From Candidatus Spongiisociaceae bacterium (GTDB lineage Bacteria; Actinomycetota; Acidimicrobiia; Spongiisociales; Spongiisociaceae): a stretch of 64,000 bases of DNA. The notes under the pieces were generated by a model, which saw only the letters and a list, made by a program, of their open reading frames with translations, had not been told where the DNA came from and did no database searches. Both the position numbers and the translations under genes were made by a program. The DNA lies in NCBI GenBank assembly GCA_965219685.1, contig CBDCOH010000002.1, positions 640,001 to 704,000 on the forward strand, read 5' to 3'. This document shows positions 41,168-51,082 of this stretch, in pieces; positions within the stretch are counted from its first letter, which is position 1, and every line of letters begins with the position of its first letter.

Positions 41168-42376
41168 TTGACGCGTCCCGATACCAACCCGCTCAGGTCC
41201 TTCCGCGAGCCCAACGTCCGCATCTTCTTCTCGGGCCTTGCCACCTCCGGGATCGGGATGTGGGCCGAGACGACCGCGGTGGTGCTCCTGGTCCGTGAGC
41301 TGGGAGGGCAGGGCCTCGAACTCGGGATCGTGACGGCCTGCCAGTTCTTGCCGTTGATGCTGCTGGGTCTGTACGCGGGGGCGGTCGCCGACCGGTCTGA
41401 TCGGCGGAGGCTGCTCATCATCGTCCAAGCCTTCATGGGTGTCGAGGCGGTGTTGCTCGGCCTGGTGGATCTGGCGGACCTGGAGACCCTACCGATCGTC
41501 TACTTCCTGTCCCTTGTATCGGGAACGCTTCACGCGTTCAGCAACCCGGTTCGGAGAACCCTGTCAACGGAACTGGTACCCGACATTCACCTGGCCAACG
41601 TTGTCTCGCTTGGTACCTCGGTGATCACAGGATCAAGGATCGTGGGTCCGGCGGTCGCCGCGCTGATGGCCGCTCGACTCGGGACGGGCTTGGTCTTTGT
41701 GGCGGCGGCCGCTTCCCACATCGTATTCCTGATCGCGATCACCAGGATGGATACCGGTCGCTTCCATCCCCTGAAGCCCGGGCCGCCCTCCCGCACTCCC
41801 ATCCGCGACGGGTTGAGAGAGGTGTGGGGCAAGCGGTCGCTGCGGGTCGTGCTGGTGGTCTTCGGGGTTGTATCGACGGTCGCTCTGAACTTCCAGGTCG
41901 GGTTCCCACTGCTGGTCGCAGACCGCCTTATGGAGGATGAGGTGGCGTTCGGCTGGCTCCTCTCGGCGATGAGCGTGGGCAACGTGATGGGCGCCCTGGT
42001 CACGGCGCGCCTCACTTCCGTGTCCGTCTCGTGGTCGTTCGGGACTGCGGCAGCAGTGGCGGTGACGCTGGGAACAGTGGCGCTCGCGCCCAACACCTTC
42101 ATGGCCTTCGTTTTCGCTGTTCCTCTCGGGATGTCCACGGCAGCCTTCGTCACCTCCTCCACACTCGTCATCCAGCAGCGGACCGACCCGGGTATGCGCA
42201 GCAGGGTGCTGGCTCTGACCACCGTACTCTTCCTCGGCTCGAAACCGCTGGGAGGGCCGATCACCGGTCTGGTGGGAGACGCGGCAGGGGCGCTCTGGGC
42301 GAACCTGTACGGCGCGGTGGTGGCTGCCGCGGCGGTCGCGGTTGCCCTGTTGTACTCAAGAGTGGTGCGTGGGTGA
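41168..42376 (+). CDS. MFS transporter
   Basis: GAVADRSDRRR motif A, about 12 TM helices. Confidence 0.9.
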   Translation: MTRPDTNPLRSFREPNVRIFFSGLATSGIGMWAETTAVVLLVRELGGQGLELGIVTACQFLPLMLLGLYAGAVADRSDRRRLLIIVQAFMGVEAVLLGLVDLADLETLPIVYFLSLVSGTLHAFSNPVRRTLSTELVPDIHLANVVSLGTSVITGSRIVGPAVAALMAARLGTGLVFVAAAASHIVFLIAITRMDTGRFHPLKPGPPSRTPIRDGLREVWGKRSLRVVLVVFGVVSTVALNFQVGFPLLVADRLMEDEVAFGWLLSAMSVGNVMGALVTARLTSVSVSWSFGTAAAVAVTLGTVALAPNTFMAFVFAVPLGMSTAAFVTSSTLVIQQRTDPGMRSRVLALTTVLFLGSKPLGGPITGLVGDAAGALWANLYGAVVAAAAVAVALLYSRVVRG

Positions 42377-42435
42377 CTGGTGAGTCCACCATCCACCAGG
42401 TAACTATTACGCGTCCGAGGTGGTCGAACAACTTC

Positions 42436-43365
42436 GTGAGGTACGCGGTGCTCTTTCCCGGGCAGGGAAGCCAGTATGTAGGCATGGGTGCGGAACTATT
42501 CGATGCCCGGCCGGACCTGCTGACGGGTGTGGCCGACCGGGTTCTCGGATGGTCGCTCCGTGAAGTCTGCCTGACCGGACCCGAGGAGTTGCTGACCGCC
42601 ACCGACCGCGCACAGCCGTCCCTCTACGCGCTCGGGTTCGCACTGTGGATGGAACTCGCCGAGCGGGTCGGCCATCCTCCGATCGCGGCCGCCGGCCACT
42701 CGCTCGGTGAATACACGGCGCTTGCCGCTTCGGGTGCCTTCTCGTTCGAGGAGGGGTTGAGGCTGGTCGCCACGCGCGCCGTTGCGATGGCCGAGGCGGT
42801 AAGGCAGGCTCCTTCCGGCATGGCTGCGGTCCTGGGTACGGCGGAGGACAGGGCGGAGGAGGTGGCGGCTTCTCGCCGCGCCGAGGGTGGGCGCCTGTGG
42901 GTTGCGAACCTGAATGCGCCGGGCCAGATTGTTCTGGGAGGAGGTCTCGAGGACATCGATTGGTTGGTCGGCAACGGTCGCCGTCTGGGTATCAGGAGGG
43001 TAGTGAAGCTCAATGTGGCGGGCGCCTTCCACACCCCGCTGATGGGGCCGGCAGCACCGCGGCTCTCCGGGGCGCTCGAACAGATCGAAGTGGAGAGACC
43101 GGGCTTCCGCGTCTGGGCGAACGTGACGGCAACTCCGTACGACACCGGGCAGGCTCGCATGCTTCTGGGCCGCCAGGTGGTGGCTCCGGTGCTCTTCGGC
43201 GCCTCGCTAAGGGCCATGCACGAAGCAGGTGCTGAGGTCTTCGTCCACGTCGGGCCGGGTGACGTGACCGCCGGGCTGGCCAGACGAGCAGTCCGGGGAT
43301 GCAGGGTCTTGGTGGTCTCCTCCATCTCCCAGGCTGAAGAGGCGGCTGCAGTGTTGGGATCGTAG
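42436..43365 (+). CDS. fabD: Malonyl-CoA:ACP transacylase
   Basis: FPGQGSQ, GHSLGEY, GAFHT; start GTG 42436. Confidence 0.95.
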   Translation: MRYAVLFPGQGSQYVGMGAELFDARPDLLTGVADRVLGWSLREVCLTGPEELLTATDRAQPSLYALGFALWMELAERVGHPPIAAAGHSLGEYTALAASGAFSFEEGLRLVATRAVAMAEAVRQAPSGMAAVLGTAEDRAEEVAASRRAEGGRLWVANLNAPGQIVLGGGLEDIDWLVGNGRRLGIRRVVKLNVAGAFHTPLMGPAAPRLSGALEQIEVERPGFRVWANVTATPYDTGQARMLLGRQVVAPVLFGASLRAMHEAGAEVFVHVGPGDVTAGLARRAVRGCRVLVVSSISQAEEAAAVLGS

Positions 43366-43530
43366 GAGCATGACATGGCTGCTCTCCCACGGCCCGGACA
43401 TCCGTTTCCGGTCCCGGTCTTGCTCTCATGGAGAAGTGCGGAGGTCGGTCGCGGAGTGCCCGCCGGGGACTTGCGGCCCTCCAATTACACTAGCCCGGTC
43501 GGTCGGGCGATTATGAGGAGGGCATAGCCT

Positions 43531-44610
43531 GTGTCGCGGTATGCGGAGATCACGGGATGGGGCAAGGCCCTTCCACCTACCGTGCTCTCCAACACCGACC
43601 TCGAATTGATAGTCGAGACAAGTGACGATTGGATAACCAGTCGAAGCGGCATAAAAGAACGCAGGATCTCGCACGTGGCGGCGTCGGAGATGGCCGAACT
43701 AGCGGGCCGCCGCGCCCTCGCGGCGGCCGGCATCGATGCGGGAGGGGTGGATCTCATCTTGAACGCGACCTGCACGCCTGAGTCGATCATCCCCGCCTCG
43801 GCCTCGTACGTGCAGGCCATGCTGGGAGCCACCAACGCCGGCGCGATGGACCTGAACGCGAACTGCTCCGGGTTCGTCTACGGCTACGTGATGGCCGATT
43901 CGCTGATAAGGGCGGGGGCGGCCGATACGGTCCTGCTCATAGGGGTGGAACGCCTCAGTTGGGTGATGGACTACACCGACCGCAGCACCTGCATCCTGTT
44001 CGGCGATGGAGCAGGAGCGGTAGTCCTCCAGGCGACATCTGGAGAGGCTGGAGTGCTCGGCTCCGTGCTCGGCGTGGATGGAACGATGGCCGACATCCTC
44101 TGCGTTCCGAACGACGGCACCATCGAACCGGGTTCGGCGAGCGCCGTGACAAGGATCGTGATGGAGGGTTCTGACGTGTTCCGCCGGGCGGTCACGGCGA
44201 TGGCCGATGCATCGGAGACGGTCGTGCGCCAGGCGGGATGGGAAGTTGACGACATCGACCTGCTTGTCCCTCACCAGGCCAACCAACGCATCATCGACGC
44301 TACCGCCCGGCGCCTCAAGCTGGATCCCGCCCGTGTGATGCTGAATATCCACGCGTACGGCAATACCAGCGCGGCCACCATACCCATCGCTCTGACGGAG
44401 GCGCTCGAGGCCGGCCGTGTCCCGCCTCGCGGCAACCTCGTCTTCGCGGCTTTCGGTGGTGGTCTCACCTGGGCTGCCGCCGCGGTGAGATTCGGCGAGA
44501 GGGTGCTACCTAGGGCGCAGATCGAGGACGACCTGCCGGCCTCCGATCGGTCTGTCTGGGAGCTCCTCCAGCCCAACTTCGACTACTTCGGCAGGTTGGA
44601 GCGACTATGA
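43531..44610 (+). CDS. fabH: Beta-ketoacyl-ACP synthase III
   Basis: ANCSGF, FGDGAGA, PHQAN, YGNTSAA, FGGGLTW. Confidence 0.95.
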   Translation: MSRYAEITGWGKALPPTVLSNTDLELIVETSDDWITSRSGIKERRISHVAASEMAELAGRRALAAAGIDAGGVDLILNATCTPESIIPASASYVQAMLGATNAGAMDLNANCSGFVYGYVMADSLIRAGAADTVLLIGVERLSWVMDYTDRSTCILFGDGAGAVVLQATSGEAGVLGSVLGVDGTMADILCVPNDGTIEPGSASAVTRIVMEGSDVFRRAVTAMADASETVVRQAGWEVDDIDLLVPHQANQRIIDATARRLKLDPARVMLNIHAYGNTSAATIPIALTEALEAGRVPPRGNLVFAAFGGGLTWAAAAVRFGERVLPRAQIEDDLPASDRSVWELLQPNFDYFGRLERL

Positions 44611-45341
44611 GCAGGGTGGCCCTGGTCACCGGCGGCTCGCGCGGGATCGGGCGGGCTGTTTCCCTTGAGTTGGCCGGGAGGGGACACACAGTGGCTGTCA
44701 ACTATGCGGCGAGGGTGGACACGGCCCGACAGGTTGTGGAGCAGATCCGTACCAAGGGCGGGGAGGCATCCGCCTTCAAGGCCGATGTGAGTCGCTCCGA
44801 AGACGTGGAGAGGTTGTTTGCCCAAGTGGAAGACCGCTTCGGTCGCCCCACCATCCTGGTCAACAACGCCGGTATCACGGCGGATGGCCTGCTCGTCCGC
44901 CTCGACGAAGAAGTATGGGACCGGGTGATGGACGTCAACCTGAAGTCCGTGTACCTGTGTAGCAAGGCGGCTATCCGGGGCATGCTCCGGGCCCGGTGGG
45001 GGAGGATCGTATCGCTCGCATCGGTAGCCGGGGTGTCGGGTAACCCCGGGCAGACCAATTATGCGGCTTCCAAGGCGGGGGTGATCGCGTTCTCGAAGTC
45101 GCTATCGAAAGAGGTCGGCTCACGAGGCATCACGGTTAACGTCGTGGCGCCGGGATTCATCAAGACCGACCTGACCGCCGGGTTGGAGCGACGGGTCGTG
45201 GAGCGGGTACGCTCAGGCACTAGCCTCCGACGGCTGGGCAGGCCGGTGGAGGTTGCTTCGGCTGTGGGATTCCTGGCCTCGAAAGAAGCGTCATACGTAA
45301 CAGGGCAGGTTCTGGTTGTCGACGGCGGACTTGCCCTGTGA
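44607..45341 (+). CDS. fabG: 3-oxoacyl-ACP reductase
   Basis: TGGSRGIG, NNAGIT, YAASK, APGFI. Confidence 0.95.
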   Translation: MSRVALVTGGSRGIGRAVSLELAGRGHTVAVNYAARVDTARQVVEQIRTKGGEASAFKADVSRSEDVERLFAQVEDRFGRPTILVNNAGITADGLLVRLDEEVWDRVMDVNLKSVYLCSKAAIRGMLRARWGRIVSLASVAGVSGNPGQTNYAASKAGVIAFSKSLSKEVGSRGITVNVVAPGFIKTDLTAGLERRVVERVRSGTSLRRLGRPVEVASAVGFLASKEASYVTGQVLVVDGGLAL

Positions 45342-45384
45342 AATGGAGACCGACGACGACAAGCACACCAAGGGAGACGGCAAG

Positions 45385-45627
45385 ATGGATCGCTCGCAAG
45401 TCCAGTCGAAGATGCGGGATCTACTCGTGGAGGAACTCGGCCTGGACGCCTCCAAGATCAATGACGAGGCCTTGTTCGAGGAGGACCTGGAGGTGGACTC
45501 GCTCGGCGTGGTGGAGCTCCTGATGGCGCTTGAGGACGAGTTCGGGGTCCGGATTCCGGACGAGGAAGCGGAGACCATCACCTCGGTGGGTCAAGCTGTC
45601 GATCTGGTGCTCGCCAAGCTCGGCTAG
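45385..45627 (+). CDS. acpP: Acyl carrier protein
   Basis: DLEVDSLGVVEL phosphopantetheine site; GGGAG RBS before ATG 45385. Confidence 0.95.
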   Translation: MDRSQVQSKMRDLLVEELGLDASKINDEALFEEDLEVDSLGVVELLMALEDEFGVRIPDEEAETITSVGQAVDLVLAKLG

Positions 45628-45650
45628 CCGCACCGGCGCTGGAGTGTTCG

Positions 45651-46904
45651 ATGCGTGGTGAGGTCCGGAGGGTGGTGGTGACCGGGATGGGCGCCATAAC
45701 TCCCCTCGGCCATTCGGTTGCCGATACCTGGAAGGCCGCCATGGCCGGCCGCTCGGGTATCGGCCCTATCACCCAGTTCGACTCTTCCAGCGTGGAGACG
45801 GGGTTCGCGGGCGAGGTTCGAGAGTGGGATCCGGAGTCGGTGATCATCAAACGTGAGGCACGGCGGCTGGATCGATCCGCTCAACTCTTCATCGGAGCAG
45901 CCCAGCAGGCGATGGACGATGCAGGATTGGACTTCGTAGCCGACGAGGCCGACGCCGACCGCGCCGGGGTGATCGTCGGGTCGGGTCTAGGTGGGATGCT
46001 GTCCTTTGATACGCAATTGAAAGTGATGTTGAGCCGGGGGGCGCGGCGCATTAGCCCGCTGGCTGTCACGATGATCATTCCGAACGAAGCCGCGGGCGTC
46101 GCATCGATCCGCTTCAACATGAGGGGGCCGGTAACGTGCGTGGTCACGGCTTGCGCGGCGTCGGCGAACGCCATCGGCGATGCCGCCGAAATAATCCGGA
46201 GAGGAGCGGCGGACGTGATGCTGGCGGGCGGCGCCGAGGCGACCATCTGCGAGTTCGGAATCGGATCCTTCAACAAGAGCCGCGCTCTGAGCACGCGCAA
46301 CGACGATCCCGAGGGAGCATCCCGCCCTTTCGACCTCAATCGCGATGGGTTCGTCATGTCCGAGGGAGGGGCATGCCTGGTCCTCGAGTCCCGTGAGAGG
46401 GCCATCGGTCGGGGAGCCAAGATCTACGGAGAGGTGATCGGCTACGGCATGACATCCGACGCCTACCACGTGACCCTTCCGAAGCCCGGCGGGCGGGGTG
46501 CGTCGATGGCGATGCAGGTTGCCCTTGATGACGCGGGTCTGAAGCCGCGGCAACTCGACTATATAAATGCCCACGGTACGTCCACGAAGGCGAACGATGT
46601 CACCGAGACGCTGGCGATCAAGCAGGCGCTGGGGGACAGGGCAGCCCGGTCCGTTCCCATCTCGTCCACCAAGTCGATGAGCGGCCATCTCATGGGAGGT
46701 GCCGGCGCGATCGAGTCCATATTCTGCCTCCAGGCGATGAACACCGGTGTCATACCCCCGACGATCAACTACCAGACGCCGGATCCGGAGTGCGATCTCG
46801 ACTACGTACCCAACGAGGCCAGGGAAGCGCAGGTCGACTACGCCATGACCAACTCCTTCGGGTTCGGCGGGCACAACGTTGCCCTGATCTTCGGTCCGGG
46901 GTGA
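45651..46904 (+). CDS. fabF: Beta-ketoacyl-ACP synthase II
   Basis: TACAAS, HGTST, KSMSGHL, SFGFGGHN. Confidence 0.96.
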   Translation: MRGEVRRVVVTGMGAITPLGHSVADTWKAAMAGRSGIGPITQFDSSSVETGFAGEVREWDPESVIIKREARRLDRSAQLFIGAAQQAMDDAGLDFVADEADADRAGVIVGSGLGGMLSFDTQLKVMLSRGARRISPLAVTMIIPNEAAGVASIRFNMRGPVTCVVTACAASANAIGDAAEIIRRGAADVMLAGGAEATICEFGIGSFNKSRALSTRNDDPEGASRPFDLNRDGFVMSEGGACLVLESRERAIGRGAKIYGEVIGYGMTSDAYHVTLPKPGGRGASMAMQVALDDAGLKPRQLDYINAHGTSTKANDVTETLAIKQALGDRAARSVPISSTKSMSGHLMGGAGAIESIFCLQAMNTGVIPPTINYQTPDPECDLDYVPNEAREAQVDYAMTNSFGFGGHNVALIFGPG

Positions 46905-46988
46905 TGAGTAGTGAGTGGTGAGTGGTGAGTAGTGAGTAGTGAGTGGTGAATGGTGAATCAGAAACCACCACTCACCACTCACTACTCC
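46903..46988. repeat. Inverted heptamer arms (RGTGART)~8 / ACCACTC-type between convergent genes
   Basis: Left arm 46903-46958 begins at the fabF stop; right arm 46964-46988 contains the stop of the opposing gene. Confidence 0.9.
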
Positions 46989-47206
46989 CGGCGTACCGTG
47001 GCGATGGTCACGACGAGACCGAACACGGTGGCCAGTGACGCCACCACGAATAGGAACCCCACCGGCAGCGGGATCCGCCCCAGGAACGCCACCGCTCCGA
47101 TAGCCACCATTCCGAGCACGAGGGCCGCGCCGCCGCCCACGACCAGGCTCACGAGGGCGAAATCGGCCAGAGGGCTTCGACGGTTAGGCTCCCTGTCGGT
47201 TTCCAT
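46982..47206 (-). CDS. Hypothetical small membrane protein (2 TM)
   Basis: 74 aa, two hydrophobic segments, TGATG coupling to the upstream gene. Confidence 0.65.
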   Translation of the reverse strand: METDREPNRRSPLADFALVSLVVGGGAALVLGMVAIGAVAFLGRIPLPVGFLFVVASLATVFGLVVTIATVRRE

Positions 47207-47493
47207 CAGCCTTCACTCGACGCATCCCGGTCGGCCCGTTTCGTGTCACGACTTCGGGTATCGCCGCTCTTCTGCCATTCGCGCCACTCGCGCAACGAGC
47301 GATCGGCTAGAACCACGACGACGCCTACCCCCGCCGCAGCGACCAGACCTGACATGACACCGATCGCGAGGCTGCTCAGCGCACTGCAAGGGGTGTCGGA
47401 GCAACCCACCCGGGTCACTGTCCAACCGATGAATCCTCCCACGACCCCGGCTAACAGGACCGGAACCAGGAACGTGTAGCGGAGTCTGCCCAT
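47206..47493 (-). CDS. Hypothetical small membrane protein (2 TM, CSDTPC loop)
   Basis: 95 aa; TM-CxxxxC-TM then DRSLREWREW. Confidence 0.7.
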   Translation of the reverse strand: MGRLRYTFLVPVLLAGVVGGFIGWTVTRVGCSDTPCSALSSLAIGVMSGLVAAAGVGVVVVLADRSLREWREWQKSGDTRSRDTKRADRDASSEG

Positions 47494-47494
47494 C

Positions 47495-48256
47495 TCAGTC
47501 GGACCCTGCCAGGGGTCGGCCCCTCCGGTCGTAGCCGGCCGACTCCATGAGACCCGGCGGTGTGACCTCGGGAAGGATGGACACGGACGTCACCCGCCGC
47601 GGCCGAGATGAATCGACGGCCAGCCGGGCTTCGGCCGTCCAGGACAGGAGAGTGAGGGCCAGTGCCACCGACGCCACACCTGCAGTCGCTGCCGGTCGCA
47701 GCCCTGGACCGGCGGCGACTCCCAGTGGTAGAAGCACTAGTCGAAGTGTCCATAGGGCGCCCGGCAGGGCTCTTGCATAGGCCCAGCCGCCCACCAGTCC
47801 GAAGGCTGCCAGCACCCAACCGGCGGGTGTGACGGCCGGGATTCCCAGACCTGCCACCACGGCGGGCAAACAGATGAGGCCGAAGGCGAGGACGGTCGCC
47901 TTGGTCGGAACCCGGTCGGGCTTCACCTGCTGGAACCAACTGTCGATGGCACATGTCCGGGTCAGAGCGACTCCCGCGGCCAGGGTCGCAAGCGCCCCGA
48001 TCCACACGAGGTCCACTTCCAGAGCGATGGCCGTGAGGGCCCAAGCGCCTCCGGTCACCGCTATCGCGTTCCTCACCCATGGGCCGGGGGATAGGAGTAG
48101 GGCGACCAGGCTGATTGATGTGGCCACCAGCAGACCCAGCGCTAGGAGAGCCGAACTGTTGGCTCCCCACGGTGATGACCCGAACAGCAGCCTGGCGGTC
48201 CACAGAAGACTGCCGGAGAGAATGAAGGCGGCTGCTACGGGGACTCGTCTTGGCAT
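47495..48256 (-). CDS. Hypothetical polytopic membrane protein
   Basis: About 8 hydrophobic segments; CACAAT 6 nt before ATG 48256. Confidence 0.7.
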   Translation of the reverse strand: MPRRVPVAAAFILSGSLLWTARLLFGSSPWGANSSALLALGLLVATSISLVALLLSPGPWVRNAIAVTGGAWALTAIALEVDLVWIGALATLAAGVALTRTCAIDSWFQQVKPDRVPTKATVLAFGLICLPAVVAGLGIPAVTPAGWVLAAFGLVGGWAYARALPGALWTLRLVLLPLGVAAGPGLRPAATAGVASVALALTLLSWTAEARLAVDSSRPRRVTSVSILPEVTPPGLMESAGYDRRGRPLAGSD

Positions 48257-48352
48257 GCTCCCATTGTGGCGCACCCTGTCGGTTGTTGAGAAGCCGAAGG
48301 AGCAGATGCCCATTGCCCATCCACCACTCACCACCCCTGTACGATGGCGCCG

Positions 48353-48898
48353 GTGGCGTTCGGAGTTGAGGATTCCTGGCCGGGAGAGGCGAAGTTCTGT
48401 TCCGATTGTGGAACGCTTCTCGAGCGCGCCCCACTATACGGACGGACGCGTGGTGTCTGCCCCGTTTGCGGTCGGATCGACTTCCGGTCGCCGTCTGTGG
48501 CGGTGGCGGTACTCCTCCGCGACGCGCGGGGTCGCGTCCTGATGGTGAAACGTGGTCCGGGATCCTCGCGTCCCGGTTTCTGGTCGATCCCGGCCGGTTA
48601 CATGGACTACGGCGAGGAAGTCAGGGCTGCGGGGGCCCGAGAGGTGCTCGAGGAGACCGGTCTGGTGGCTGAGTTGGGTGATCCGATCCATGTGGCCACC
48701 AACTTCCACGATCCACTCAAGGTGTGTGTTTGTATCTGGTTCGCCGGGCGCGTGACGGGAGGAGACCCGCGCCCCGGCTCGGACGCGGTCGAAGTCGGGT
48801 GGTTCCCGCTCGATGATCTTCCCGAACTAGCCTTCGCGACGGATGGCGCCCTCTTCGAACAGATGATGGGAGAGGAGAACTCTCGGCTCCCGGATTGA
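48353..48898 (+). CDS. NUDIX hydrolase with N-terminal zinc ribbon
   Basis: FCSDCG...CPVCG; Nudix box GYMDYGEEVRAAGAREVLEETG. Confidence 0.9.
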   Translation: MAFGVEDSWPGEAKFCSDCGTLLERAPLYGRTRGVCPVCGRIDFRSPSVAVAVLLRDARGRVLMVKRGPGSSRPGFWSIPAGYMDYGEEVRAAGAREVLEETGLVAELGDPIHVATNFHDPLKVCVCIWFAGRVTGGDPRPGSDAVEVGWFPLDDLPELAFATDGALFEQMMGEENSRLPD

Positions 48899-49005
48899 CT
48901 TTTCCGAGCCGCTGCTCCCACATGAAGCACCTGGACACCGGCCAGACCACTCAGCCGGAGAACCCTCTCCCCGAACCCGAGCGGACCTTCCCGTCACGGG
49001 CTTGG

Positions 49006-49605
49006 TCAAAGGACCGGCGGTTGGCGGGAAGTCTCCCTCCACGGGGTTCCGGCGACGAGGCTGATTATCTCGCAGTGACGCGGCTTGGCTTCGTGCAGCA
49101 GGGTCAGTGGACGACCTGTCAATACCAGGCGGGCCGTCTGGATCGGGTCTTGGTGGCAGACGACCACGATCTCCTGGCAGGGATGCCGACCAGCCAGGGC
49201 CGAGACCGCGCCGCCGATGCGCGTCCCGAGTTCGTCGACGGTCTCCGGTGAGAAGTCCATCTGCAGGGGTGTGTTCAGGTACGCGTCGAGTTCACCCGGC
49301 CGGTACCGGTCGAGTTCTGGCCATGGAAGACCTCTCCATCGATTCATAAGTGCCCACTCCGTCAGGTCCGGAACGACGTTGCAGACCAGGTCGTGGTGGT
49401 CGGCGATCCTCGCGGCCGTCTGAACCGCACGATCGAGGGGTGACGTGTAGACGGAGCCTATCCGGCGAGGCGCGAGAACGCTCCCTGCCCATGCCGCCTG
49501 GCGCCGGCCACGGGCACTCAGATCGAACCCGGGCAGGTCCGCGTACACGGTGTGGTGAGGGTTCTCCACTTCGCCGTGGCGCACCAGATGTACAACGGAG
49601 GCCAT
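49006..49605 (-). CDS. Histidine phosphatase family protein
   Basis: LVRHGE, SPLDRAVQTA, VVCHQD. Confidence 0.9.
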   Translation of the reverse strand: MASVVHLVRHGEVENPHHTVYADLPGFDLSARGRRQAAWAGSVLAPRRIGSVYTSPLDRAVQTAARIADHHDLVCNVVPDLTEWALMNRWRGLPWPELDRYRPGELDAYLNTPLQMDFSPETVDELGTRIGGAVSALAGRHPCQEIVVVCHQDPIQTARLVLTGRPLTLLHEAKPRHCEIISLVAGTPWRETSRQPPVL

Positions 49606-49634
49606 GGGTACAAAGGCTACCCCGGCCAACGTCT

Positions 49635-49698
49635 GTAGTCAGTAGTTGCTAGCCGGTAGTATCGAATCGTCAACTACCAACTACCAACTACCAACTAA
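49635..49698. repeat. Heptamer arms gtagtca-type left and (CAACTAC)3 CAACTA right in a divergent region
   Basis: gtagtcagtagttgctagccggtagt ... caactac caactac caactac caactaa. Confidence 0.8.
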
Positions 49699-49718
49699 TC
49701 CTCTAGGTTTGACCGCAC

Positions 49719-50918
49719 ATGGACGAGCCGCGTATCACAGAGCCCATACTCCATGTGGATATGGATGCCTTCTACGTGGAGGTGGAACGACTCGACGACC
49801 GGAGGCTGGTGGGCCGGCCGGTGGTCGTCGGTGGTGAGGGACCAAGAGGGGTGGTGGCGTCCGCCTCCTACGAGGTCAGGGCCACGGGTGTTCGCTCGGC
49901 CATGCCGATGAGCACCGCCCGGCGGATGTGTCCCGGATTGGTAATCGTGCCGCCCCGGCATCGCCGTTACGGGGAGATCTCGGAGCAGGTCTTCTCCATA
50001 TTCCAGGATTTCACTCCCCTGGTGCAGGGGCTCTCCGTCGATGAAGCCTTCCTAGACATACGCGGTCTGCGCAGGCACTACCCGGACAGCCTCGCCGTGG
50101 CCGAGGCGATCCGGACTCGGATCAGGCGCGAACTGCACCTTCCTGCCTCGGTGGGCGCCGCTACCTCTCTGTACCTGGCCAAGATGGCGTCTGGATACGC
50201 CAAGCCGGACGGTGTCCATATCGTCACCGAAGGAAGCGAGAACGCGTTCCTGGAGCCCCTCGACGTTCAGGAGTTGTGGGGAGTTGGCAAGGCCACCCGG
50301 CGCAAGCTGGCCTCGATGGGGATAGGCACCGTGGGGCAACTGGCCCAGGTGCCGCTGCCGCTCCTCCGGCGTCACCTGGGAGACGCCACGGGGGATCACC
50401 TCCACCGCCTGGCCAACGGGGTCGACGCGAGGGTCGTCGAGCCTCACGGTGGTGCCAAGTCGATCTCGGTCGAGCAGACCTTCAGGGAGGACATCTCGGG
50501 TGTCGAGGCGCTGCGTTTCCGACTGCTACGCCAGGCCGATCAGGTTGGGTGGAGGTTACGCCGAGCAGGACTCGCTGGACGTACAGTCTCCCTCAAACTC
50601 CGGTATGCCGACTTCAAGACCATCACCCGCGCGGAGACATTGCGAGCCGCTACCGATGTGTCTAGGGAGGTCTACGAGTCCTGCTGTCGCCTGTTGGACC
50701 GGGCCGGAGTAGGCGATCGGTCTGTCCGGCTTCTTGGCGTCTCGGTCAGTGGTTTGCGGGCGAGTGACGCGCCGCGCCAGTTGATGGTCGACCATGAGGA
50801 ACGCTGGGAGCATCTGGAGGAGGCCATAGACGAGTTGAGGGTTCGCTTCGGTCGCCATGTTGTGGAGCCCGCGCGTCTCCGGCCCCTGGATTCCGATCGT
50901 GCAGCTCGCGACGCCTGA
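49719..50918 (+). CDS. dinB: DNA polymerase IV
   Basis: HVDMDAFY, SASYEVR, SVDEAF, AKMASGYAKPDG, WGVG. Confidence 0.95.
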   Translation: MDEPRITEPILHVDMDAFYVEVERLDDRRLVGRPVVVGGEGPRGVVASASYEVRATGVRSAMPMSTARRMCPGLVIVPPRHRRYGEISEQVFSIFQDFTPLVQGLSVDEAFLDIRGLRRHYPDSLAVAEAIRTRIRRELHLPASVGAATSLYLAKMASGYAKPDGVHIVTEGSENAFLEPLDVQELWGVGKATRRKLASMGIGTVGQLAQVPLPLLRRHLGDATGDHLHRLANGVDARVVEPHGGAKSISVEQTFREDISGVEALRFRLLRQADQVGWRLRRAGLAGRTVSLKLRYADFKTITRAETLRAATDVSREVYESCCRLLDRAGVGDRSVRLLGVSVSGLRASDAPRQLMVDHEERWEHLEEAIDELRVRFGRHVVEPARLRPLDSDRAARDA

Positions 50919-51082
50919 GCGGTCACCGAGCGGAGGCGGGTGTGCCGGGTAGGGGCTGTACCTCCCGCTAGCTCTACGTTTCCGGCTTCCAGAACGGGCG
51001 ACCACTCCGGGCCTTCGCTTCACGCTTGCGCTCAGGGGTGCGTATACTGTGCAGGGCTGACGTTGAGAGCGGGGCGGCTTCG

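Noticed and set aside
49606-49718. LexA/SOS box upstream of dinB
   Set aside because: No match to TCGAAC-N4-GTTCGA found by eye.
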